In this document: in pieces, positions 24,901 to 38,809 of the stretch
How the letters are laid out: the number at the start of each line of letters is the position of its first letter
How positions within the stretch are numbered: the first letter of the stretch is position 1
Origin: Octopus bimaculoides
Lineage: Eukaryota
Direction: 5' to 3'
DNA: 64,000 nucleotides
NCBI RefSeq assembly: GCF_001194135.2
Contig: NC_068984.1
Coordinates: forward strand, 62,156,413 to 62,220,412
Program-made: the position numbers and the translations under genes
The notes under the pieces: model-generated
Seen by the model: only the letters and a program-made list of their open reading frames with translations
Databases searched by the model: none
Told to the model about the DNA's origin: nothing

Positions 24901-27640
24901 CGCTCGAATTTCGCAAGTAACAAGTATGTGACATTTGTACCTAGATCTCAACAAAACTATTTAAGTTCCATTCTGCTCGGCTTGGACTTGAAAGGGATTA
25001 AAAAGGGCGCTATAGAATTATACGAGATGATATTTACGGTGATTGAGCTATATGTAAAATATTGTAAATTATAGTATGGTAAATTATAGTATGACCTATG
25101 CATCTATGGTTGTTTTAAAAACTCATTTACAAATTCACATCCACTACAAAGCTATGGGTGAGCTGTTTCATGTAAAATCAGTAGTAAAACAGGTGGTGCC
25201 TCAGCACTATTCATTATTTTATTACGAAGATCATCCACGCCAACTTACATCAACAATGTCAACTTACCTCTAGAAACAGAAATTGTCTACTGAACACATG
25301 ACAGACTTAGAGTGAAGCTGCTTTTAAGTAAAAAACAAATGGTGTATGCTTTCCATTACAGACTTTAAATATATAGATGACAACAATATTGCTAATTATT
25401 TCCTACCTAACTACATTCTACTGGGCACAGAAGAAAATTTTACTATCATTAAAAAAAAAGAAAGAAAAACTAAGATTATCATCAAACCGACTCTAAGAAA
25501 AATATAGTTAATTTCACTAATTCGAGTTTGAATTTTTCTGCCTTGGATGTTACCTGTAACGCGTGTCAATGGATAAAAACTCATGTTGCCTGATGCGGCT
25601 ATTATTCAGTTTGAATGACAAGCCATCCGCACACTGCACTGCATTTACAAGGACGCTGCGCCGCGTGCTCTGCCAACTGTTTTAAATATTTGGTTACAAG
25701 GCTTGTGTACGCATTTTAAATCTTGATATAATATCGCGATATTCTGAAGGTATAAAAAAAACTTCTAACAACACTTTCTTCAAAACATCTTAGATGTTAG
25801 CTGGCATGACAAAAAGAAAACGACGTTAGTGAGTTGAAAGGATAAAAACAAACATTGAAGTCACTGTCATCAAATACCGACTTATTTTAACTGGTTATGA
25901 TTTTCAGATGAAATCCGAAGCAAATCTCCAACTATGAGATCAGTAAGAAAAACGTAACAGAAATGTATAACAGAAGAGACTAAAAATACGCCTTACTAAA
26001 GATATACAATCCTGAAAAGGACATTAACTGAGAAAGCAATATTAACTTTTACTGAGAATACTCTAATGTTGAATGAGTAACTGGGAAGAGTTTCTGAATT
26101 TCGATAATGGTTGAGGATCACATCATGAAAGTGTGTGTTATAATTCGCAAAAATACTCATCTAACTACCAGGGAAGTTCTATAACATGTTAACGAATGTA
26201 AACGTTTGAACTGCATGATATTATAAAACATCTGCTGACAGGTAAACAAAAAGAGAACGGGGTTAGTCTATCAGGTGCCGCTTTCTCGTTCAAATGCTTC
26301 TACGTGTTCAATCAACGAAGTAATTAGGACTTTTTTCTCGTGTTTGTGTCTGTATGCGAATTTACGTGTGCGTATGTGTCTATATATTACTGTTTAGCTC
26401 TTGATGAAACCGAACTCCGATCCAGCTTATGTTATTACACACTGTGCACATATATGAGTACCTTAACCAATCTGTCCCTCTCCTTTCTTGACAGTAGGCT
26501 GCAATATTTTACTATTTCTATTTTGCGATTGCTATTTTTAGCAGTTTGAATGGCCACATGGAAATTTCCTCTGTCTCGTGTCCTATGTGTGTGTATGTGT
26601 GTATTGCATGTGTGTGTGTTGCATGTGTGTGTCTGTGCGTGTGTACGCGCGCTTGTTTTTGTGTGTGTATTTTTGTTTGTGATTGTGTGTACTTATATAG
26701 ACATCTTTATCAATTTAAAATATACTGGACACTATCCAGCAACATCATTTCACATTCGTTTAATATGATGTTCTGCCTTTATCTAACTGTAAGTATTTAG
26801 AGCACGTAAAATAAATATAGTTGAACAACTCTTTGAGATAGGAAGGTGATCAAAGACAGACGGAAGTGAAAAGGGGGGAGAATTAAATGACAATGATAAA
26901 GTAGTGAAGAAAGAAAGGGGTAAAGGAATACAGAAAGAAGAATAAATAAAAAAACAAGTAAATCTACAAGGAAAGAAAAGAATGTAAAGAGGAATTAAGA
27001 AAGAGAATGGAGAGAAGGAGTATTAAATGGAAGAAGGAAAGTAATAAAAAGTATAGAAAAAAATTAAATGAAAAATGAAGAAGAAAACGGAAGAGAATGA
27101 TGAAATAAACAACAACGAAGAATAAAACGAGTAGAGAAATAAAGAATAGAACAGTGACAGAGAAGGAATCACAGAAAAAAATAAAGAAAGATTGCAATAC
27201 AGATAACAATGAAGGAAGACGGAATGACTGACACACCAGCATTGCTTTGAACTAAATATTTCAGAAAAAAACAAAAAGAAAATTGTAAATGGAATTAAAA
27301 GGAAATATTGAAAAAGGGACACGCTATCTGAATGTATTATATATGTCAGTTCGTGTCTTTTAATGGTATATAATACTTGTAATTTACTTTTCAAGCGATT
27401 TTGGAAAAGAAAGAAAATTCACAATCATTTTCGAAAGAAAAAAAAGAATGTCGAACAAAAAACAAAAACGTAGTTGGGTCATTGTCAACAGGGGTGCGCG
27501 GGAATTCGATAAATTTTGTATCTATAAATATATCTATGTCTCAGTGTGTTTATGTGCGCGTGCGTGGGTGTTTGAATGCGTGTATGTGTATTTGAATGCG
27601 TGTATGTGTGTTTGAATGCGCATGTGTGTCCGTCCTTGTG

Positions 27641-27679
<39 letters not shown>

Positions 27680-28016
27680 TTATGAGTGTGTGCAAGTGTG
27701 TGTGCAAGTGTGTGGATGTGTGCGTGAGTGTGATTCTAAGAAGATGAGTTGAAGATAAAATAACACATCCGCTAACGGAATCTGACAGCTGTCTTTAAGG
27801 AATATAAGAATCGAAGTAGACAAGGCGTGAAAATAGTTTGGTGATGAACAATGTACCAGACAGTTCGGTATAATCACAATAATCAACACTCTTTTCTCGG
27901 TTCTCAAAAAGCCATTCAATATATTTATTCCGACGTTTATTTATATTTACTCGTTTATACGCACACAATACACACATAAACATTCTTATACAGACTGGTG
28001 TGTGTGTGTGTCTACG

Positions 28017-28055
<39 letters not shown>

Positions 28056-28897
28056 GTATATATATATGTATATATATATCTATGTATACATATGTATGTT
28101 TATATATATGTATATATATATGCGTGTGTATATATATATGTGTATATGTATGCATATACACACACGCACATATTTATTTATACACATACCACACAAGTAT
28201 TTCTATGCGTGTATTAGAGTGTAGAAATCATTTATTTTCTAAAACATTTAATTACATTCTTCAAAAAGTAGTTACTATAGTTATAGCATCTTACCTTCAT
28301 TTATTTGGCAATTTTCCTAAAATCTATGCCGAACTTAAATTCAGATCAGTGACTATTATTTATACTAATTAATATATCGTGTATGGTCAAATAAACGCAT
28401 AATTTTGCTTCGTACGAATCTCTCATATATATGCAAGCTGTAGAAAAGTATCCGATAATACGGCTGTATATGCTCCAAAATTCACACTCGTATGAATATA
28501 ACGTGCTTATACGAATAGATAAACACTCCTATATATTTGTAAGTATGTATGTATGTATGTATATATGTATGTATGTATGTATGTATATATATATATNNNN
28601 NNNNNNNNNNNNNNNNNNNNNNNNNNNNNNNNNNNNNNNNNNNNNNNNNNNNNNNNNNNNNNNNNNNNNNNNNNNNNNNNNNNNNNNNNNNNNNNNNNNN
28701 NNNNNNNNNNNNNNNNNNNNNNNNNNNNNNNNNNNNNNNNNNNNNNNNNNNNNNNNNNNNNNNNNNNNNNNNNNNNNNNNNNNNNNNNNNNNNNNNNNNN
28801 NNNNNNNNNNNNNNNNNNNNNNNNNNNNNNNNNNNNNNNNNNNNNNNNNNNNNNNNNNNNNNNNNNNNNNNNNNNNNNNNNNNNNNNNNNNNNNNNN

Positions 28898-28943
<46 letters not shown>

Positions 28944-30798
28944 TATATGTCTGCGTGGACATGTATGCATTTATGCCTCTATGTTTGTGTGCGTATTTCT
29001 GTGATTTCATGTAAACGAACTCGTACACGTGAATTAAGTATAGCTGGTCGGTATTTTTATTTATTTTTGTTTTTGTTATTATTGTTGTCTAGCACCGGAT
29101 CAAATCTGATCGAGTGAAACTTTTTTTTTATTTGTCTCTTAAATATGTGCTTAATATTCCCTTACACTTTTGAAATATTAGATTCAAGTCACTATAAATT
29201 TTCTCAATGTTATTTAAAGATAACGATTTTGAGGAATTAATTGTTTGGTACTTATTTTATAGCCCATACTTGCGCTTTTTTTGTGTGTGTTTCTATATGT
29301 CTTGAATCATACTTATAGTAAAAGTCATATACTAAAAACAATATTGTTATCAAGTCTGAATTAGTAATTTGATAACGCAAGTATGTACAATAATATTGGT
29401 ATACAGATAAATGAATATATATATTTGCTATAGTTATGCCATAATTATTCCCGAATCAATTACTATTCTACGCATGCGTCTGATTTAATAGTGGTGCTGT
29501 TCGTTTGAAACGAAAACTTTCAAGATCGTACTAATGCATGTCAATTCTATATTATTTAAACATTTTAGCATTTGATGGCATTCAAATTTCAGGTAAAGTG
29601 ATTGGCTCGATTCTCTATGTGGTTCTTTTCTTAAAATCTTTTATTTCCGTCTATCCAATTGAGACTGTGTTTCATCTACTACTCCTAGAAACCAGAGTAA
29701 GTGGGTGGACATATTAGGTTGAACTACATTGTTCCATAATCTCAATAATTGGGATAAATTTATGGGCGCTTGGAGAAAAGCAGCAGCCGTAAGAGCGATA
29801 TCTAGCTGGATAACACATAAAATAACGTATTGTAAATGGGTGTAACAAACGTTTAAATTATATTCCTCCAAATTACTAAATCGGTTATAAGTATAAGTAA
29901 ACCGGGTATAAGTATCAAATGTTATACCCTCGAATATAATAACTAAAACAATAAATAATGTTTATATATATANNNNNNNNNNNNNNNNNNNNNNNNNNNN
30001 NNNNNNNNNNNNNNNNNNNNNNNNNNNNNNNNNNNNNNNNNNNNNNNNNNNNNNNNNNNNNNNNNNNNNNNNNNNNNNNNNNNNNNNNNNNNNNNNNNNN
30101 NNNNNNNNNNNNNNNNNNNNNNNNNNNNNNNNNNNNNNNNNNNNNNNNNNNNNNNNNNNNNNNNNNNNNNNNNNNNNNNNNNNNNNNNNNNNNNNNNNNN
30201 NNNNNNNNNNNNNNNNNNNNNNNNNNNNNNNNNNNNNNNNNNNNNNNNNNNATATATAAGACGAAAGATGTGTGTATGTGTGTGTGTGTGTGTAAATGTA
30301 TGTGACCGACCATTAGCTCGATGCTACGTTAAATCAATATTTTTGATCCGCTTTCGTTCATTCTTGGCAAATATATCACTTATGTTCCACAGAAGGTTCT
30401 ACACTCTTTAGATTTGTCACTTATACAGTAAAACGGAGCAGTGAGGCATCTAGGATCGGAAGTTCAGAAGAACCTCCTATAGTGAGATTGAGGATAAGGG
30501 AAGTAACTCTTTGCGAAGAAATTCACTGTCTTTTTTACACCGGAAGGTGTGTGCGCGCGTGTGTATTACCTCATTCGCAGAGAAACATCCTACAACATCC
30601 AAAAACTTAAACAGTAGAACGAACACAGCTGTTACCATAAGGCGTTCGGTAAATTCCGTAAAATTTTTTTTTTTTTATTTCTGTGTACATTTCCTGCGAT
30701 GTCAGCATAAAGTGAAAGAGAGAAAATTGACAGGGTCATGTGTACATGTTGATGATAGGTGCGAGACAAAAAGTGTAGGAGAGAGAGATGTGTGTTGC

Positions 30799-30831
<33 letters not shown>

Positions 30832-32259
30832 GTGTGTGTGTATGTGTGTGTGTGTGTGTGCGTATGTGTGTGTGCGTGTGTGTGTGTGTGTGAAGGAGAG
30901 AACAGTGTACATTTTTAGAATTTGTTTTCCTCACNNNNNNNNNNNNNNNNNNNNNNNNNNNNNNNNNNNNNNNNNNNNNNNNNNNNNNNNNNNNNNNNNN
31001 NNNNNNNNNNNNNNNNNNNNNNNNNNNNNNNNNNNNNNNNNNNNNNNNNNNNNNNNNNNNNNNNNNNNNNNNNNNNNNNNNNNNNNNNNNNNNNNNNNNN
31101 NNNNNNNNNNNNNNNNNNNNNNNNNNNNNNNNNNNNNNNNNNNNNNNNNNNNNNNNNNNNNNNNNNNNNNNNNNNNNNNNNNNNNNNNNNNNNNNNNNNN
31201 NNNNNNNNNNNNNNNNNNNNNNNNNNNNNNNNNNNNNNNNNNNNNNNNNNNNNNNNNNNNNNNNNNNNNNNNNNNNNNNNNNNNNNNNNNNNNNNNNNNN
31301 NNNNNNNNNNNNNNNNNNNNNNNNNNNNNNNNNNNNNNNNNNNNNNNNNNNNNNNNNNNNNNNNNNNNNNNNNNNNNNNNNNNNNNNNNNNNNNNNNNNN
31401 NNNNNNNNNNNNNNNNNNNNNNNNNNNNNNNNNNNNNNNNNNNNNNNNNNNNNNNNNNNNNNNNNNNNNNNNNNNNNNNNNNNNNNNNNNNNNNNNNNNN
31501 NNNNNNNNNNNNNNNNNNNNNNNNNNNNNNNNNNNNNNNNNNNNNNNNNNNNNNNNNNNNNNNNNNNNNNNNNNNNNNNNNNNNNNNNNNNNNNNNNNNN
31601 NNNNNNNNNNNNNNNNNNNNNNNNNNNNNNNNNNNNNNNNNNNNNNNNNNNNNNNNNNNNNNNNNNNNNNNNNNNNNNNNNNNNNNNNNNNNNNNNNNNN
31701 NNNNNNNNNNNNNNNNNNNNNNNNNNNNNNNNNNNNNNNNNNNNNNNNNNNNNNNNNNNNNNNNNNNNNNNNNNNNNNNNNNNNNNNNNNNNAACACCTC
31801 TCTCTCTCTCTTTTTCTCCGACAACACCTCTTTCTCTCTCAGTTAATCACTCATACACTAAAAAGAGATGCGAGGAAAAATAAATTAAAATAATGTACGC
31901 TGTTACTCTCTCCCTCACGCACACACACCCTCACATACACCCACAAACAGAGCAACACACATCTTCTCACTCTCTTTGTCTCTCTCTCACACACATACAC
32001 ACACGACGCACACTTTCTGTCTCGCACCACCTATTGACATATACACACGTCCCAGTCAATTTTCTCTCTCTTTCACTTTATCCTGACACTAAAGTAAATG
32101 TACATTTCCACCCACAAAAAATATAAAACAATTTTTTTTACTTATTTTACCCAACGCTATACTTTAACAGCTGCTAAATCAGATTTTAGTTTGACATTTT
32201 TGCGAGTCATAATCGAAAGATCACCCAATTTCCTCATCGGAAACATCTACACATAGACT

Positions 32260-33518
32260 GCAGAATCATCTTCTTACAAGCACCCGTTGGAACTGGAAAA
32301 GCATTCCTCCTGAATCTTCTTCTTGCGAAGTTGCTGCATAATGATGACCTTGCTATTGTTGTTGCCACCTTAGAAATAGTCTCGACTCTTCTCGACGGTT
32401 GACGCACAGCACAATCTACCTTCAAATTTCCTTTTAATGTGGCACACCAAGAATCTGTCACATAATGCATTCCTCGGACGAAGCGACAATTTTGAGAAAG
32501 TGCAAACTCATTGTTTGTGATGAAGCCACTACCTCCATTAAATGTTCCCTACAAGCACTTCATACCACAATGAGAGACCTTAGATCAAACATCAACATCC
32601 TTGGAGGTGCAACTCTACTTCTTGCAGGAGATATTCGAGAAAATCTATTATACCCAAAGAACACCCGCAGATGTCCTTAAAATAGTCCTCCTTTGGTCGC
32701 ATGTCCAATCAAAATAATTCACTACCAACATGATATCACTCCTACAGACTGATTAACCTATAATTCAGTTTTCGGATATGCTCCTTAGAATCGGCAATGG
32801 GCAAATTATGTCCGATGACAACAGATATATTGACACTACTACCGTTGGCTACACTGAATGATTTATATTCAGCCGTTGACCCAAACCTTACAACGGAATA
32901 CATAAAACCAGATTGGCTTCGCGATAGGGCTGTTCTTGCACCTAAAAATGCAGCTGTCAACACTCTAAACTACGACTTACTCAGTCAGGTGTCTTCTCAA
33001 GAACGTTGTTACAAATCAGTTGACGCCGTTATAGAGTTCGATCAGGTTACACAATTTCCAACAGAATTTCTCAACTCTCAAGATACTTCAGGACTCCCTC
33101 CCCATGAACGTCACTTAAAAGTCGGTTGCCTGTCATCCTCCTACACAATCTAAACTCGCCCATACCATGCAATGGAACTCGCTTTGTGGTCAACAAATGA
33201 TGGACCACGTCATTGGATCCAAAATTATTACGAGACACGGCAAAAATGATACCGTTTTCATTCCGAAAATTCCGTTAACCCCAAGAGACTGCCCCTATTT
33301 AAAGACTTCAGTTCCCTCTGAAACTCAGCTTCACCATGACAATTAACAAAGCACAAGGTCAGTCGCTGAAAGTTGTCGGATTGGACCTTCGAACATTGTG
33401 CTTTTTTCATGGACAGTTCTACGTCAGTTGTTCCAGAATTGGCTATGCATATAAATTATTCCTTTATGCTTCTGAAGGAAAAACAGAGAATGTCGTCTGC
33501 AAAGCAGCCCTACAGTAG
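32260..33518 (+). pseudogene. Helitron PIF1-like helicase, decayed
   Basis: APVGTGKAFLLNLLLA (Walker A), LIVCDEA, LLAGD, RAVLAPKNAAVNTLN, FPTEFLNS...[45 protein letters not shown]. Confidence 0.93.
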
Positions 33519-34086
33519 TTATTCCTCTACTGCATTCTTCACATCGGCGACAAACTGNNNNNNNNNNNNNNNNNNNNNNNNNNNNNNNNNNNNNNNNNNN
33601 NNNNNNNNNNNNNNNNNNNNNNNNNNNNNNNNNNNNNNNNNNNNNNNNNNNNNNNNNNNNNNNNNNNNNNNNNNNNNNNNNNNNNNNNNNNNNNNNNNNN
33701 NNNNNNNNNNNNNNNNNNNNNNNNNNNNNNNNNNNNNNNNNNNNNNNNNNNNNNNNNNNNNNNNNNNNNNNNNNNNNNNNNNNNNNNNNNNNNNNNNNNN
33801 NNNNNNNNNNNNNNNNNNNNNNNNNNNNNNNNNNNNNNNNNNNNNNNNNNNNNNNNNNNNNNNNNNNNNNNNNNNNNNNNNNNNNNNNNNNNNNNNNNNN
33901 NNNNNNNNNNNNNNNNNNNNNNNNNNNNNNNNNNNNNNNNNNNNNNNNNNNNNNNNNNNNNNNNNNNNNNNNNACGAAAATGGTAATTATACATTTTGCG
34001 CTTATTAACTTGAAACGACTACTAACTGTGCACTAATTCAGCTTAAACCGTTCACAGGAGTGCCCCGTTATAATAATTACACTGTC

Positions 34087-34108
34087 CAAAGGACGGGTGC
34101 CTTTGCCA

Positions 34109-34110
<2 letters not shown>
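34087..34110 (+). other. Probable Helitron 3' terminus: hairpin caaagg-acgggtg-cctttg followed by CCAG|T (CTAG-like)
   Basis: Perfect 6-bp stem directly before ccagt, ~570 bp downstream of the helicase stop across a gap, followed by (TA)n. Confidence 0.55.
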
Positions 34111-34156
<46 letters not shown>

Positions 34157-34159
34157 CAT

Positions 34160-34870
34160 GCTAATAATGAAGATTTTTTTGTTTCTTTTCAAATTCTGCT
34201 TATCATCGTTACTACCAAGCAAAATATGATTAAACTAACCATTATGCAAAGATTTTTAATCCATGAAAATCACGTACAGGATATTCTCCAATGTGGTTTC
34301 CCTTCCCAAAAAGGTTCTGTGATCTCAGAAATTTTGGTTGTTATTTCTATCATGCTAAGCAACCACTAAGAAATTGTTTTGTAATGTGTGGCTTATGGGA
34401 GATATGCTAACATATACTATGATGCTGTATTTCTGCATATTGAGATTTATTTAAAGCTCACACCAAATCTGATAAAATCAGATGTCGAAATGAATACGAT
34501 GTCAAACATCCAAGCAAAGCAACAGTCAATGGACAATTTAACCTTACAACGATTAACGTATTTTCTAGGGTCAACGCATTTATTTTGTACTTGCCCAGTC
34601 CAGCGACCTCACTAAATATACAAAAGAGAGTAACCAAGACGTTAAGGCTTACCAAGCAAATATGAATTGCTTGTAATCTTATTTGTATGATCTAATATGA
34701 AGTGTCATATTAATGTACATAACATTTTAGAAAGAAATTTGAGAAAATAGAGTACATTAAGCTCAACAAAAATCCACCCAAGAAAGAGATGGTGATGTTA
34801 AAACGTAATTGGTTACGTCTATTGCACGATATTTTGTGGAGCCTACACAAACGTCTTTCCATCAATCCGG
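34160..34870 (+). mobile_element. Highly decayed Penelope-like element remnant upstream of a hammerhead
   Basis: QKGSVISEILVVISIM resembles the MGSPISxILAxIYM RT motif; YGRYANIY resembles RYxDD; EKIEYIKL...VMLKRN...LW resembles a GIY-YIG C-terminus. The segment is bounded by TA-rich repeats at 34111-34155 and ~35340. Confidence 0.4.
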
Positions 34871-35007
34871 TTTCGCTCGGAAGGTTTCGGTCTATGCAAG
34901 AAAGCACAAGCCCACACTGATTGTTTCTTCGATTCTAAGAACATGTTATGAACCGTTGTCTTCATAAATTCGTGTATAGTTCTGAAAATTATATTGATTT
35001 TAGAACG

Positions 35008-35074
35008 ATTGTGCTGAAGAACCCCGGACGATTTTACGTAAGTAAAAGAGTTGATGGCGAAACCGGTACACAAT
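35008..35074 (+). ncRNA. Minimal type-I hammerhead ribozyme, near canonical
   Basis: Helix I attgtg/cacaat (6 bp); core CTGAAGA; helix II (a)cc...gg(c) with one A.C mismatch and internal hairpin ttttac-GTAA-gtaaaa; GAAA; palindromic helix III ACCGGT; GUA triplet, predicted cleavage after 35068. Confidence 0.8.
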
Positions 35075-35377
35075 TAATTCTTTATTTTGTATATTTTTCA
35101 TTTTGTCCTGCCCACCCCACATGCTCTGGTGTTTGCTGAATTTTTTTCAGGAGAACATTACTTTTCTTTGTGGTTGGGTCGTTGATAACCTCTTTCTAGC
35201 ATATTGGATGTCCGCCTAGTGGTCATCCCTTCTTATACACATGTAATACAATTTTTCTGAATTATCAGATTTTTATACGCTAGACCACTGGTTTTAAATT
35301 GAAATTAATATTCAATTTATCACCCTCAGGATATAAAAGTATATATATACATATATACAACTATCGTTATTATTATT

Positions 35378-38300
35378 GCCTCTGCACAGCTTCTAACGCT
35401 GGAGATGTGCTACACTATCAGATGTTCACTACCAGTGAACTAAGGTAACACCTCTTATTTTTTGAGCACATTCCGGAGTATTCGAGCGGTTCCAAGCAGT
35501 GTTGTTTCTTGCAAGTGCTCCACCATTATTGCAGCCCCTATTTGTTCCACGTACTTCTCGAGATTTTTGCTCATTGTTCCCAGGGCACCGACAATTATTG
35601 GTACTACTGCTACCTTTTCCATCGTCTGACTTCCTATTCACTATCTCATGGTCGCACTAAATCATAAAATCCCATAGGATCTTTGTATTTCTATTTTCGA
35701 CAATGCCTTCAGGTTTGTGGTCGTACCAATGTTTTGCTCTGTCAAGTCCATACTTGTTGCAAAGTGTCCAACGGACAAGCCTAGATATATTGTCGTGACG
35801 CCTCTTATATTCCTTCTGGCCTAGTGGCATACATTGGCTGGTAATATGCCATACAGTTTCACTGTTTTGTCCACAGATTCTGTACTTATCACTTTCTGTT
35901 GTGTTGTCTATTCTGCATTTTATATAGTTTGTTCTTAGTGCTTGCTCTTGGGCAACACAGATTAGAGCCTTCGATTCCGGTTTTAAATCACTTGTAGTCA
36001 TCCACAGCGATCTTTTTTCTCTGCCTGTTTTATCTTCAACATCCCTATGAAATTGAGAATGCATTCTTTTCTTTACTCACCTATTTTCAGTTTCATTAGT
36101 TTTTAATTTCTTGCATAGTGCTTTATCTTTGCAATCTTTTATCCTACACCAGCCTGACCTTCTTACTTCTAGCAATAGCGGTTCTGTGACATTTTTTACA
36201 TACCATGCTATATAGTTTTCTTCTGCTCTAATGCTGTGTTCGCATCCAATAAGTCCCCTTCCCCCTCTTTTTCTTGATACATAAGTCTGTCTGTGTCCCT
36301 TTTTGGGTGGAGTGACCCATATCTAGTTAGCAACTTCCTTGTCTTTAAGCTGTTTAGTTCGTCTACTGTCCATGCGATTACTCCTGCTCTATATCTAAGG
36401 AGTGAAACCGCCCAGATGTTGATAGCTTCAATCTTATTCCATCCGTTTCATTTCGACTTAGGTATCAATCTCAGTCTGCACAAGTACTCCACCTTAAATT
36501 TTTCTGTCATTTCTTTCTCCATCAATTTATCCATTTCCAAAATCCCCAAGTACTTATAGCCCGTCTGTTCTATCTTCTTCATAACCTCCCCGACGGTATC
36601 GTTAGACCGTCCATACATTTGATTTTGCCTCTCTTGAATACTAACACCCCACACTTTCTCAGTCCGAACTCCATTCTGATATCAGCATCCCAAATAGGTT
36701 CATACACTCCATAATCCAAGAATGTGGGATCATATCGTGCGCCTTACGATAGTCGATCCATGACATGGCTAATTTAATGTTCCCCCTCTTGCAGTCTCTG
36801 AGTACAGTTTTTTCTATCAGGAGTTGATCCTTGGTACCTCTGCACTTACGCTTGCAACCCTTCTGCTCATGTGGCAGGACTCCATCTTTTTCTAGATGTT
36901 CGTACATTGACTCTGCGAGTATTCCAGTCAATAACTTCCACATAAGTGGCAAACAAGATATCCGCCTGTAATTGTTTACCGTATTACCTTTTTCCATGTT
37001 TTTCTGGCATAGCACTGTCCTACCCAATGTCAACCACTCTGGTGTTGCTTGATCGGCATTTAAGAAGGTGTTGAGCTGCGCAGCTATTCGTGTATGAATT
37101 CACCAAATCTTTTTAACCATCTGGTCCCGGGGCCTTCCAGCTGCTCATTTTTTTGCTGATTTCTTTCACTTCCCTAACTGAAATTACTAGTTCTGCCTGT
37201 TTTGGATAGACTAATGTTTGTTTCAGTTCTTGAAACCATTCAGCATCCTTCCTGTGCTCTTTGTCTTTTCTCCAGATCACATTCCAAAACCAATAACATT
37301 CAATGTTATCTGGTATCAACGTTTCATCTGTACAGCCTCCAATTTATTTCTTTATAGAATCTTTCCTGATCTACTCTGAATAACCTATTCTAGTGGCAAC
37401 CCTTCATTCTTTGGTTGTAACTTACCATCATTGCTTTCTTTGCAACGAGACGCTGTTTCAGTTCCTCCACTACTACTTTCAGGCCCTTTCTTTCAATATT
37501 ATACTTCATTTTCAGCGCCCTGTATATTTGTTCGCTTTTAAGCTCCCCTTTCTCTTTTCGGTCTAACACAGATATCTCCTTCTAACTCTACTTGGATTAT
37601 TCTTTTCCACCATGGATCTTTTCTTTTGTCACTCCCATTATGTTTCTTTTTCTTGACATCGATACCTACATTTTCTGCTACAGCAATACTTACTGCCTTG
37701 ATCAAATTATTTGTTTCTATGATGTTGTTTGTTCTGATGTATGTCAGGATTTCATTGACATTTTTCGTTTCTTGGTTCAATTTCCATCGATCAACCATTT
37801 TAAGGTTGTAAATAATGTCGCTATCGTTCTCCTGTAGTCTTATTTTTATTCTGTTGTAGATTGCCTTTTGTTCATCTGTCATGTCGCCATTAGTTTTATT
37901 GCCTTCTTTTCGATCATCTATATGTCTTTCATCAAGTAAACTACTACCGCTTCTTTCCTGTTCTATGGGATTAATCTTATTAGTAAGAACTGTGTTTTCA
38001 TTCTTATCTATGCTGTTATTGTCCATGACCCGTCTTTTGATAGCTTCGAGCTCTACTTCTGTGAACCAACATTTTTTCCTTATTGCTCTAGCTTGATCAC
38101 ATAGTCTCTGTTCCGTGAGTTGAAACAAACCCTTTTCTCTCCAATGATCATATATACGTTATCGGTAACCCCTAATTTGAGCACCATTTTCATCTACCGA
38201 TGACCACAGCATTCATTTTTGTTTGCTCCATCAACGCCATGTGTGGTGGTCCGTTTCTGGATATCGACAAGCTGGAGCCAGACCAGAATCTCTGAGCCTA

Positions 38301-38460
38301 CCGGGTGTCACACTGTCACCGTCATTGGCTTCAGTTTCGTTACCACTGGTATTCGCAATATTTTGTTTTTTCGGTGTCACTCATATGAGGTAGCGATTAT
38401 CAGGTTACGCAATTACCAGTGTTTTTATTGTGACACCATCACTAGATGTATTATTATTAG
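35378..38460 (-). mobile_element. Dong/R4-clade LINE, both ends present, internally deleted
   Basis: N-terminal [125 protein letters not shown]. Short (AAT)n at the 3' end and ATT-rich sequence at the 5' flank. Confidence 0.94.
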
Positions 38461-38809
38461 CCTATAAGGATACTCCACCCTTTTCCTTTCATTATTGTCA
38501 TTATTATTATCATCACTGATATCACTTGTATCACAGTTTTTATGTGTGGTAGTAGCAGTGGTTGCAGTAACAGCCACAGTAGCAACAGTATATATATATA
38601 TATATCACATGATCACGTGACATACCATTTTGCTGCCCTATGATTAATAATGATATATTTTTGGCTAATTTCTGAAAGAAAATCGGCATTTGTTTTACAT
38701 TTACTGCCGAGTAGTTAATGCGCACATGCGTGGTTAATTTTTGGGAAATTAAGCTTGTAAACTCGAGTCAGGTTCTTTCCTTGGCTCGTGTTTACACGCT
38801 AATCCGGAT

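Noticed and set aside
26860-27330. Purine-rich stretch giving hydrophobic minus-strand ORFs (26964-27394)
   Set aside because: Low-complexity GA-rich DNA; the F/L/S-rich translation is compositional.
29569-29695. Two tiny possible + strand exons near 29570-29590 and 29660-29695
   Set aside because: Open in several frames and too short to distinguish from chance splice-like sites in AT-rich DNA.
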